Positions 24,750 to 32,841 of a DNA stretch of 32,841 nt are shown piece after piece. The number at the start of each line of letters is the position of its first letter. The stretch's first letter is position 1. Below the pieces are notes generated by a model that did no database searches, had not been told where the DNA came from, and saw only the letters and a list, made by a program, of their open reading frames with translations. Location of the stretch: NCBI GenBank assembly GCA_964466925.1, contig CAYXPO010000002.1, positions 1 through 32,841 of the forward strand, read 5' to 3'. The stretch comes from an uncultured Nitrospirales bacterium. GTDB taxonomy: Bacteria > Hydrogenedentota > Hydrogenedentia > Hydrogenedentales > CAILVY01. Position numbers and translations under genes: made by a program.

Positions 24750-25850
24750 ATGAAAACCTTATGGGCATGGAGCGTGTTTGGAGGGCTGTTGCTCCGCTAT
24801 TTGGCCTACAAGGCCGGGCGGGGACGCCGGCCCATGTTTACGGACCGTCTGGACGCCATGCCGCTTGTGGGGCGGCAGGTGTTGCGTTGGAACCGGTTGC
24901 GGGTGGTGAATCCGGAACAATGTCCGCAATCGTATCCGGCGGTGTTTGTGGGCAATCACATTGGCCTGGATGATCCCAATTATATCTGGCCGGCCATTTA
25001 TTATTCGAGCGGCATGCGGGTGGTGGTGCATTTCATGATGCGGGATGATTTTTTCCGGGGTTTCCCCTGGGATTTCCTTCCGGTGAACGTGGATGACCTT
25101 GCGGAGATGTGCGGGGCGGTCCGCATTTCGCGCGACAGTGTTCAGTGGTCGCAACTGAAGCCGTTTTTGACCATTCTGGAAACGCCGGGCGCGTTTTTGA
25201 TGTTTCCCGGGCGGACCCGCAGCCGCAGCGGCCTGCCGATGGAATACCGCGAAGGCATTGAAGAGCCGGGGGGCACGTCGTTTTTTTTGGCGCACGCGCA
25301 GCGCCGCATGAAGCAGCCGGTGCCCGCGGTGCCGATTGCGCGCACCACGCATCCCGTGACGAAACGTTGCGCGGTGGTTTTTGGGGCGCCGTTGTATCTT
25401 GATGCGAACGCGGACCGCGCGGCGCAGCGCGAGTTTGATCAACAACTCCCCGTGCACATTTCCAATCTGATCGAAATTCACGCTCCGCATCTGGTGTGTG
25501 CGATGCTGTACTTGCATTGCCTTCATCGCGGAACTGCACCGGTGGAGATTGCCGCGCTGGCGCAGGCGGTGAAATCCATCGCCGGGAAATTGGACGGACG
25601 CTTTGTGGAACCCGACACGCTGACGCGGACGGAAGAGGAGGTGCGGCGGTGCGTGCGGTGGCTGCACAAGCGCGGCATGGTGCGCGTCACGGGATCGGCC
25701 ATTCATCCGGAAGCCGCCAAGGTTTTGTCCGTTCCGGCGTTGGACACGAAATACCGCAAGCGCAACCCCGTCAAGTTTTACGCCAATCAAATCCTGCCGC
25801 TTACCGATGTCATTGCGCGTATCGAAGACACCCTGCCGGACCTGCGCTAA
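24750..25850 (+). CDS. Lysophospholipid/glycerol-phosphate acyltransferase family protein (PlsC-type) with a C-terminal extension
   Basis: 366 aa. Acyltransferase block I GNHIGLDD (NHxxxxD) and block III FPGRTRS (FPEGTRS-like). About 150 C-terminal residues lie beyond the catalytic core. No obvious SD precedes ATG 24750. Confidence 0.8.
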   Translation: MKTLWAWSVFGGLLLRYLAYKAGRGRRPMFTDRLDAMPLVGRQVLRWNRLRVVNPEQCPQSYPAVFVGNHIGLDDPNYIWPAIYYSSGMRVVVHFMMRDDFFRGFPWDFLPVNVDDLAEMCGAVRISRDSVQWSQLKPFLTILETPGAFLMFPGRTRSRSGLPMEYREGIEEPGGTSFFLAHAQRRMKQPVPAVPIARTTHPVTKRCAVVFGAPLYLDANADRAAQREFDQQLPVHISNLIEIHAPHLVCAMLYLHCLHRGTAPVEIAALAQAVKSIAGKLDGRFVEPDTLTRTEEEVRRCVRWLHKRGMVRVTGSAIHPEAAKVLSVPALDTKYRKRNPVKFYANQILPLTDVIARIEDTLPDLR

Positions 25851-26021
25851 TCCGGATTTCGCAGAAAAGAAACTTGCTTGTTGGCAAAAAGAGGATTGTG
25901 CGGCACGGAGGCCGCGGATACACGCGGATCAGAAACGACATCCGCCACGTACGCCGAAAATACCCGCCCGCGCGATTCTCCCTTGTTTGCAAGGGGCCCT
26001 GACAACGCGCGAATCAAAAAA

Positions 26022-27320
26022 TCATTCGATACTCTTGAGGTGTTCCCAGGAGAAGATGCCGGAACTGTGGCCGTCGCTCCAGGTGATGGCGATGGCGTAG
26101 TTGCCGAGGGGCGCGATTTCCTCCGCGTGGATGTCTTCCGGAACGCTGCCGGGATCGAGCAGCGGTTCGCCGGTGTATTCGCTCACGCACATCGCGCAGG
26201 GGCATGACAAGCGCAGCTTCCGGTTGGGAATCCGGCTCCGGGCGCCATCGGGCCACTGCACCACGATGAAGCCGGGGGTGATCTCCGCCGTTGGTTTTTT
26301 TTCATCCGTCACGCGGCGTTTTCCGAGTGCGCGGTGGACGTGTTCGGCGAGTTCCGCAAAGGCGGGCACCGCCGCGCCGGCGTTTTTGTGCGCCGCGTCC
26401 GAAAGGCCGGGGAGTATGGGCAATTGCGCCAGGGTGTCGAGTCCGAATCGGTCTTTGAACGTCGAGGTGCTGCTTCCGAAGAGGTGGTGTTGCTTCCCGC
26501 AATCGGTACACGTGAAATAGGCCATGTTTTCCACCACGCCGAGCACGGGCACGTTCACCTTCTCGAACATCAGGATGCCGCGCGCCACGTCCACCAGTGA
26601 CAGCGCCTGCGGCGTGGTCACAATCACGGCGCCGTCCAGCGTGGTTTGCTGCACGAGGGAAAGCTGGATATCTCCCGTGCCGGGCGGCAGATCGATCAGC
26701 AGGTAGTCCAGCGCGCCCCATTCGGTTTGCTGAAGCATTTGCAGGGCGTAACCCGATGCCATCGGCCCGCGCAGCACCGCCGGCTTGTCGCCAATGAGAT
26801 AGCCGAAGGACATGGTTTTCAGTCCGTCCACCTCGACCGGGAGAATAATGTTGCCGGACATCCGCACCTCGGGTTGATGCATGCGGAAGATGGTGGGAAA
26901 GGACGGCCCGTACACGTCCATATCGAGCAGGCCCACGGAATGGCCTTCGCGTTGTATGGCCCGCGCCAGATGCGCCGCCACCGTGGACTTGCCCACCCCG
27001 CCCTTGCACGAGGACACGGCCAGTATGTTTTGCACCGGCGCGAGAAAATCCATGTCCGGTGTGGTCACGCGTTTGGGTTTCATCGCGGACAGGGTCACCT
27101 GGACGGATTGCACGCCCGGCAAGGCCTTCACCACGGCCTCCGCCTTCGCCTTGAATTCCGCCTTGATGGGGCATGCGGGCGTGGTGAGTTCGAGCGTGAA
27201 ACTGACCGCGTCTTTTTCTATATGAAGGTTTTTAACAAAACCCAGAGAGACGATATCCCGGCCCAAATCCGGGTCAATAATCACCTTCAAGGCGTCCAGG
27301 ACTTCTTTTTCCGCAATCAT
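26022..27320 (-). CDS. mrp: Mrp/NBP35/ApbC Fe-S cluster carrier ATPase with N-terminal DUF59-like and C-terminal DUF971-like domains
   Basis: 432 aa from ATG 27320, with AAGGAG upstream. N-terminus VLDALKVIIDPDLGRDIVSLGFV. Deviant Walker A SCKGGVGKST. CxxC motif (CTDCGK). The C-terminal 90 aa (VQWPDGARSRIPNRKLRLSCPCAMC...ITWSDGHSSGIFSWEHL) match DUF971-type zinc-ribbon domains. Confidence 0.85.
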   Translation of the reverse strand: MIAEKEVLDALKVIIDPDLGRDIVSLGFVKNLHIEKDAVSFTLELTTPACPIKAEFKAKAEAVVKALPGVQSVQVTLSAMKPKRVTTPDMDFLAPVQNILAVSSCKGGVGKSTVAAHLARAIQREGHSVGLLDMDVYGPSFPTIFRMHQPEVRMSGNIILPVEVDGLKTMSFGYLIGDKPAVLRGPMASGYALQMLQQTEWGALDYLLIDLPPGTGDIQLSLVQQTTLDGAVIVTTPQALSLVDVARGILMFEKVNVPVLGVVENMAYFTCTDCGKQHHLFGSSTSTFKDRFGLDTLAQLPILPGLSDAAHKNAGAAVPAFAELAEHVHRALGKRRVTDEKKPTAEITPGFIVVQWPDGARSRIPNRKLRLSCPCAMCVSEYTGEPLLDPGSVPEDIHAEEIAPLGNYAIAITWSDGHSSGIFSWEHLKSIE

Positions 27321-27443
27321 GGGATACTCCTTTTCTTCATGGACATGAAATGACATGAATCCGCAACGCGCTTTTCAATGGCACTTCGCGGGAGGGCGCG
27401 CATGCGCACGCGCCGGACAAGTATACCGGATTGCGAACCCTTT

Positions 27444-27887
27444 TTATAATTTCGCCATGTTGGCCAATTGCTCATTCACGGTTTCCAGGCGCTCGCTCAA
27501 CACATGTATGATGTTCAGCAGCATCCGCACCGCGACATGCTTTTCCAAAATCCCGTTGATTTGTTTTTCGTCCAGGGTGAAAAGCTTGGTTTCACACAAC
27601 GCCGCCGCCGTGGCCGTGCGCGGTTCATGGTTCAGCACCGCCATCTCTCCGAAGGCGTCCCCCACCACGCACGTGGCGATCTGCTTGTTCTTTTTGAAGA
27701 TGCCAATCTTGCCGCTCAACACAACAAACAGGTTGCTCCCCAATTGACCCTCAAAAAAAACCGTCTGCCCTTCCCGGAACACCAATATCTTGCCGTTGTG
27801 AAGGATGTACTCCACCTCCCCCGGATCGAGCCCGTTGAAAATCCGAATTTTTTCCGCGTACCGCCGGTACTTGCTCTCGTCGCTCAT
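27444..27887 (-). CDS. Stand-alone cyclic-nucleotide-binding (CAP effector-type) domain protein
   Basis: 147 aa, with AGGAG 7 nt upstream of the ATG. cNMP-binding pattern FREGQ....LFVVLSGKI....GDAFGEMAVL...PRTATAAA. No HTH or other output domain. Confidence 0.85.
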   Translation of the reverse strand: MSDESKYRRYAEKIRIFNGLDPGEVEYILHNGKILVFREGQTVFFEGQLGSNLFVVLSGKIGIFKKNKQIATCVVGDAFGEMAVLNHEPRTATAAALCETKLFTLDEKQINGILEKHVAVRMLLNIIHVLSERLETVNEQLANMAKL

Positions 27888-28066
27888 AACGCCACTCCTG
27901 CCATCTCACATCGGCCCTGTCAACCGCGCACCACAACCAGGTTCTTTCATTGTATACGACTTCCACACAAAAATCACTTCAAAAAACCCGGCGGGAAAGG
28001 GAATCCGGGGAATCCTTCCTCATTCTGGGAGGGGATTCCCCGGAAATGGGCATTTACACGAGAAAA

Positions 28067-29953
28067 TTACAGTTCCCGGATGCGGATGTTCCGGTAATCG
28101 AGCCGGGAGCCATGATTTTGCAGGCCGATAAAACCTTTGGTGCGCTTCAGGCCCGGATGATCCTTTACCTTGTCCAGATGTTCGCTCAGATCGCCGTTTA
28201 CAATCTCGACGCCGTTCAGATTGACTGTAATCTTCTGGCCCTGGACTTTGATGCGGAATTTTTGCCAGGTGCCGGCCGCGAGCGAAGCGCGGCGGGACGG
28301 CGCAATAGTCGAATACACGCTTCCCGTGAACTGCCAGGGCTTCAATTCGCCAAAGGCTTTCGAGTCGTCGTCCAGCACCTGGATTTCACTGCCTTCGAAC
28401 GCGGGATTGCCGTCGCGCGGTGCGCGGATGAACACGCCGCTGTTTCCGTCCTTCGGCACGTTGAATTCCAACTCCAGTTCGAAGTCGCCGAATTCCTGTG
28501 TGGTGGAGAGCCAGCCGCCTTCGCCGCCCGAGGTGTAGAGCAGGCCGTTCTCCACGCCCCAGGTTTGTTTTGTGCCGCCGACCTGCTCCCAGCCGCTCAG
28601 GTCTTTGCCGTTGAACAAATCCCGCCAGCCTTCGCCGCGCGGGATTTCGCGGATGAAGACGTTGCGGAACCACAATTCCGAATTGTGATTTTGCAGTTCA
28701 ATCTGGCCCGACGGATAGATGGGTTTGTCGCGTTCCCAGTAATTTTCCAGCGTGACATTGTCCGCCACCAGTTTGTCATTCAGCCAGACGGTTACTTTCT
28801 CGCCGATCATCTTGATGCGGAAAGTGTTCCACTCGCCGATGGGTTTGTCCGCGCACACCAGCGGGTCTTTGGGATTCTTCTCGTTGTTGTACAAGCCGCC
28901 CGAACCCTGCGGCCATTGCGCGGGGTCCCAAATCTGCACTTGGGGCGCGCCGCGCAAATAAATGCCGCTGTCGCCCTTGGGGCCGATTTTCCAATCCACC
29001 AGCATATCGAAATCTTCGTAGTCGCGCGCGGTGCACAGGCTCTCGCCCTTGCCGTCATACGCCAGCACGCCATTTTCCACGCGCCAATGCTGCCGCATAT
29101 TTTCATCCGCCGCCGCCTGTTTCTTCGCCAGTTCTTCCGGCGCCATTGCCGCGCGCGTTTTGGGATTCTCCACCAGCCCCTTCCAGCCGGTCAATGTCTT
29201 CCCGTCGAACAGCGGCACAAACCCTATCGGGGCCTTGCCCGCCGCCGTTTCGCCCATCAACTCCGCCACCTTCGGTTCAATCGCGTCCGCCCAAATCTGA
29301 TACCCCTTCGCGTTAGGATGCAGGAAATCCGGCATGATCTCGGGGGGCAGCGTGCCATCCGCCTCCAGGAACGCCCGTCCGATGTCCATGTAATGCACCA
29401 TGTTGCCATCCGCCGCTTTCGCCGCAATCGCACTGGCTTGGGCCAGCTTTTCGCGGTCCGGTCCGGGTTTCGGCGTGCGCGGGAAAATCGCCAGGATTAG
29501 AATTTTGGTTTGCGGAAGCTGCGCGCGCAATTTGTTGACAATGGCCTGGATGCCCTCGCCAATTTCTTCCGCCGTGTTGGCCTGATAATTGTTTGTGCCA
29601 ATCATGATTACGGCCAGCTTGGGCGAGATGCCCGCAATGTTGCCGTTGTCCAACCGCCACAAGACGTGTTCCGTTTTATCCCCGGAGATGCCCAGGTTCA
29701 CCGCGTTGCGCCCGGCATAGTACTTCTCCCACACCGCCTTGCCTTCGCCGTCCCACGCATGGGTGATGGAGTCGCCAATCATGATCAAATCCACATTCCC
29801 CTGCTTCACCCGCTCATTCATCGCTTCATGCCGCGCCTTCCACCAGTCGTCCCCGCGCGGCACCGGCTTGACCGCCGAGTTTTCCGCCAGCGCCGGCAGC
29901 ATTAGGGATAGTGCAATCAAAACAATCCATGGAACAAACCGTGCCTTTTTCAT
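28067..29953 (-). CDS. Secreted SGNH/GDSL hydrolase fused to two DUF1080 (3-keto-disaccharide hydrolase-like) domains
   Basis: 628 aa. Signal peptide MKKARFVPWIVLIALSLMLPALA. SGNH block I IMIGDSITH, block II NLGISGDKT, block III IGTNN. Two DUF1080-type modules follow, each opening with LF(D/N)GK(T/D)L(T/S)GW and containing W.VENG.L and IGLQNHGS/IELQNHNS. Confidence 0.85.
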   Translation of the reverse strand: MKKARFVPWIVLIALSLMLPALAENSAVKPVPRGDDWWKARHEAMNERVKQGNVDLIMIGDSITHAWDGEGKAVWEKYYAGRNAVNLGISGDKTEHVLWRLDNGNIAGISPKLAVIMIGTNNYQANTAEEIGEGIQAIVNKLRAQLPQTKILILAIFPRTPKPGPDREKLAQASAIAAKAADGNMVHYMDIGRAFLEADGTLPPEIMPDFLHPNAKGYQIWADAIEPKVAELMGETAAGKAPIGFVPLFDGKTLTGWKGLVENPKTRAAMAPEELAKKQAAADENMRQHWRVENGVLAYDGKGESLCTARDYEDFDMLVDWKIGPKGDSGIYLRGAPQVQIWDPAQWPQGSGGLYNNEKNPKDPLVCADKPIGEWNTFRIKMIGEKVTVWLNDKLVADNVTLENYWERDKPIYPSGQIELQNHNSELWFRNVFIREIPRGEGWRDLFNGKDLSGWEQVGGTKQTWGVENGLLYTSGGEGGWLSTTQEFGDFELELEFNVPKDGNSGVFIRAPRDGNPAFEGSEIQVLDDDSKAFGELKPWQFTGSVYSTIAPSRRASLAAGTWQKFRIKVQGQKITVNLNGVEIVNGDLSEHLDKVKDHPGLKRTKGFIGLQNHGSRLDYRNIRIREL

Positions 29954-30035
29954 AACCGTTCACTCTTTCTTTTTTGTTGCATTGAAGAGAAAGACGCCCT
30001 AAATCCAGCGCTTTCTCAAACACTTATTTCGACTC

Positions 30036-30058
30036 GTTCCCATGGTGCACATGGGAAC
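30036..30058. other. 9-bp stem-loop (GTTCCCATG-GTGCA-CATGGGAAC) between the nadE 3' end and the SGNH gene start
   Basis: The inverted repeat is seen directly. Neither strand has a flanking U-tract, so a terminator role is only a possibility. Confidence 0.4.
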
Positions 30059-30175
30059 GCACTTGCGCCACACGCTTCGCTTTGAAACGGGAGAGACTTC
30101 CTTCTCTGAAGCGCGATTCAGAAACATTGTCCATTCGCGATGACGACAGACCTATAGTTGCACAAATAGGATTCA

Positions 30176-32104
30176 CTACTCCAACTCCGCTTCCTTCAGT
30201 GCATCGAGTTCGTGCTGGATGCTTTGCGACACGGGGAACCGGAATCCTGTTTTCGGGTCCAAATCGAGGTCCATGACTTTCATCGCCACGGGATGTTGAT
30301 CCCGTTTCCATTGATTCGCGCAGAACCGCGCCCCGAAGTTGGCGGTCCATTCCCGGAGTTGTTCCGGCGCGTGGTCCGGATGCCGCGGACACAGCACCCG
30401 CCAGCAATCCGCCAATGACAACCGCCGCCGCGCATACAAATACATCAGGTCGTCCAAAATCACATACGGCATCAAGTCTGTTTCGTCCAATTGATTTGGA
30501 GCAAGCTCCGCGCTCGGCGGAATCGCCAGCACGCTGTGCAGCGACGTGATGCCGTCGCGTTGCGCCAGATACTCGAGCAGCCGCGAGACGAGGGTCTTCG
30601 GAATGTTCGCAATGGGGGAGTACCCGCCTTCATTGTCGCCGCCGGTGGTGGTATAGCCCACCGCCGCCTCGCTCAAATTCGAGGTCACCAGCAACAGCCC
30701 GCCCACGCTGTTCGCCCAGTTCAACATCATTGCGCCGCGCACCCGCGCCTGAAGGTTTTGCTTCGCCATCGCGGCCACGTTTTTCTTCCCGCCCGCCATT
30801 TCCGCCGCCTTCGCCAGCGCCACCTCCGCCTCTTCGTGAATGGACACCACCTGGAACGGCACGCCCAATTCCTGCGCCAGCGAACGCGCCGCCTCCTGGG
30901 TCCCGCTGCTGCTCAGCGATTGATTCGGCAGATACACCGCGCTGACATGTTCCGCATAGCGCTTGGGATCCGTGCATTCGTTCAGGGCCTTCGCCGCCTC
31001 CACCGCCATCAACAGACACAACGCGCTGTCCCGTCCGCCCGAGAGCGCCACCAGAATCCGCTTGAACGCCCCCACCTTCTCAAAATAGTCCCGCAATCCG
31101 AGCACCAGTCCGTCAAACAATTCATCCAGATACGGGTTGCGGTCGTGCTTGCGGTCTTTCAGCGCGCCCACGTAAAAATTCTTTGGCAATTGGGCCGCGT
31201 ATTCCGCGATGGAGGCTTGTTGAAAGGCATAATCGGCCGCGTTGATAACCGTGGTCCGGCCCGCGCCGTTTTTCGACGAGGCATCCAGCCGCCAGGTCGT
31301 GTTTTCCGCGCGCAGGCGCGCGATATCATCCAAATCCACCACCGCCGTCGAAAGCGTCCAGGATTTTTTCGACAATAACCGCCCCTCACACACCAGTTCC
31401 TCCGGCGTGGCTATCAAGCCGCCCCCGTCGAACACCAGGCGGCTGCTGTCGCATCCCAACAAATTCGCATACGCGTACACGGCCTTCAAATGGCTTGCCG
31501 CCCCCAGCACCAGCCGCTTCCGTTCCTCATTCTTGCGCGGCGTGAACGGCGACGCGCTGGGATTGCACACAATCTCCGCGCCCGCCAGCGCCCGCTCATA
31601 GGCCGGGCTGGACGCCGACCATAAATCCTCGCAAATCTCGGCCGTCACCATCCCGTAGGGCGTTTTGAACACCAAATCGCCCGCGGGCACGCCATTGACC
31701 TCGGTGATCCCGCCGGTCCACGCGGTCCAATTGCGCCCCTCATAAAAAATGCTGTAGGTCGGAAGATGGCGCTTCAATACCAGCCCCCGCACCATGCCAT
31801 GGCTCAGAAACGCCGCCGCGTTGTACATCATGGAGTCCAACCGCACCGGGAGCCCCACGAACACACTGATCCCCTCCGAAGCCTTTGCCAGCGATTGCAG
31901 CGCCGTCCAACTATGCGCGGCGATGTCCGGCCAGAACACCCGGTCCTCCAGGCTGTACCCCGATATGCCCAGTTCCGGCGTCACCAGCAAATGCACGCCC
32001 TGATCTTTCGCCGCCTCCATGACCACCCGCAGCCGCCCCGCATTCCACGTGAAGTCCCCCACCTTCACCGAGATGGCCGCCACGCCGATTCGTACAAGCC
32101 GCAT
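30176..32104 (-). CDS. nadE: Glutamine-dependent NAD+ synthetase
   Basis: 642 aa. N-terminal carbon-nitrogen hydrolase domain (LLVTPELGISGYSLED...EICEDLW) and a C-terminal NAD synthetase ATP-PPase domain with SGGRDSAL (SGGxDS). Confidence 0.95.
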   Translation of the reverse strand: MRLVRIGVAAISVKVGDFTWNAGRLRVVMEAAKDQGVHLLVTPELGISGYSLEDRVFWPDIAAHSWTALQSLAKASEGISVFVGLPVRLDSMMYNAAAFLSHGMVRGLVLKRHLPTYSIFYEGRNWTAWTGGITEVNGVPAGDLVFKTPYGMVTAEICEDLWSASSPAYERALAGAEIVCNPSASPFTPRKNEERKRLVLGAASHLKAVYAYANLLGCDSSRLVFDGGGLIATPEELVCEGRLLSKKSWTLSTAVVDLDDIARLRAENTTWRLDASSKNGAGRTTVINAADYAFQQASIAEYAAQLPKNFYVGALKDRKHDRNPYLDELFDGLVLGLRDYFEKVGAFKRILVALSGGRDSALCLLMAVEAAKALNECTDPKRYAEHVSAVYLPNQSLSSSGTQEAARSLAQELGVPFQVVSIHEEAEVALAKAAEMAGGKKNVAAMAKQNLQARVRGAMMLNWANSVGGLLLVTSNLSEAAVGYTTTGGDNEGGYSPIANIPKTLVSRLLEYLAQRDGITSLHSVLAIPPSAELAPNQLDETDLMPYVILDDLMYLYARRRLSLADCWRVLCPRHPDHAPEQLREWTANFGARFCANQWKRDQHPVAMKVMDLDLDPKTGFRFPVSQSIQHELDALKEAELE

Positions 32105-32620
32105 CGTTCACAATCTCCTGTATTTAACGATAGTATATAGGAAAAAGCGGGATGCAAGATACTTTAATATGAAGTAAAGCCATCATTACCGTCCCACGGA
32201 AGCCACGGAAAACGGTTATTGCCCCGCCTTGCATAAACGCGGGCAAACCCGGAATACCGGAGGCGTAACCCTGAACGCCAATCCGGCCCCTTTCAAAATG
32301 GAGGCAATGGAACCCTCATCGCCAAGAACCCCTGTTCCAGCCCTCCAAATTTTCCATCATAATTCGCAATGTTCATAGATATAATAAAAATTACATATTG
32401 TGCAACCCAATCACCCTCGTTTTGCAGCGTCCTTCAGGGACCCTTTTTTTGCCGCGCCATCCGCTTCGGATTGCAGCACAGCCGTAAGCCCACGCAAGCT
32501 GTTTCAGAATGCGTCATTATCCGGTGTGCACTGCACCGGCCAACGTGCGAAAGGCTGTAAATCCACCCCCGTTTCGCACGTGTTCTCCTTAGCCTTGGCG
32601 AAGGAGGATTCCGCATTTGG

Positions 32621-32658
32621 CCCTCCCCCCCTTGTTTCCCACCCTGCACCCCCAACCC
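32621..32658 (-). other. Dense C-tract cluster (G-quadruplex-capable on the minus strand, i-motif-capable on the plus strand)
   Basis: Six C-runs of at least 3 nt within 38 nt: CCC T CCCCCCC TTGTTT CCC A CCC TGCA CCCCC AA CCC. Confidence 0.5.
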
Positions 32659-32841
32659 GTTTTGTGTTTCCGCAACCCCAAGGCGGGCAAAAGGTTGCGC
32701 TGGACCGCCATAATTAGGTATAGTAAGGAGTTGATAAGGACGTAGAGCCGTTATAGATGCGCAGGCGCGCCGCGTGTCTTTCGGGGTACACCCGGAGCGG
32801 AGAATTTTTGTTTCCAGATCATAATCAGGAGCGCGCCATTT

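Overview
This is a high-GC bacterial chromosomal segment made mostly of recognisable housekeeping genes. On the minus strand: plsY-der-pgsA, then an overlapping PilZ-like/receiver gene pair. On the plus strand: rsmD, then a block of an unknown secreted 737-aa protein, pepF, a DUF2961/GH172 protein and queA. A long minus-strand block follows: ftsK, a RodZ-like HTH protein, a GT4, a Wzz-type co-polymerase, a lipoprotein, a WcaI-like GT and a ceramidase-like protein. The rest is a PlsC-type acyltransferase, Mrp/ApbC fused to DUF971, a stand-alone cNMP-binding protein, a secreted SGNH+2xDUF1080 hydrolase and glutamine-dependent nadE. The domain repertoire (DUF1080, GH172, InlB-repeat/beta-helix secreted proteins, REP/RAYT) resembles PVC-type or candidate-phylum environmental bacteria, but I cannot assign taxonomy. 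I saw no rRNA, tRNA, CRISPR array, classical IS or prophage.

Three things are not explained by ordinary gene content:
1. A lower-GC accessory islet (about 5184-7732) carries an intact REP-associated tyrosine transposase (RAYT). It also carries three identically organised clusters of a hairpin REP in two strand-specific variants with compensatory stem changes, a 3'-truncated secreted repeat protein and a field of other palindromic units.
2. A roughly 700-bp AT-rich island between ftsK and the acyltransferase holds six 16-bp palindromes resembling the NrdR box, with no ribonucleotide reductase gene in the window.
3. Two further long non-coding regions (3653-4631 and 32105-32841) contain tandem DnaA-box-like 9-mers, G/C-tract clusters and AT-rich patches.

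I did not find a convincing complete novel multi-gene system such as defence or secretion. The palindrome array and the REP/RAYT islet are the most unusual items. All functional calls come from reading motifs in the translations by eye; no searches were run.
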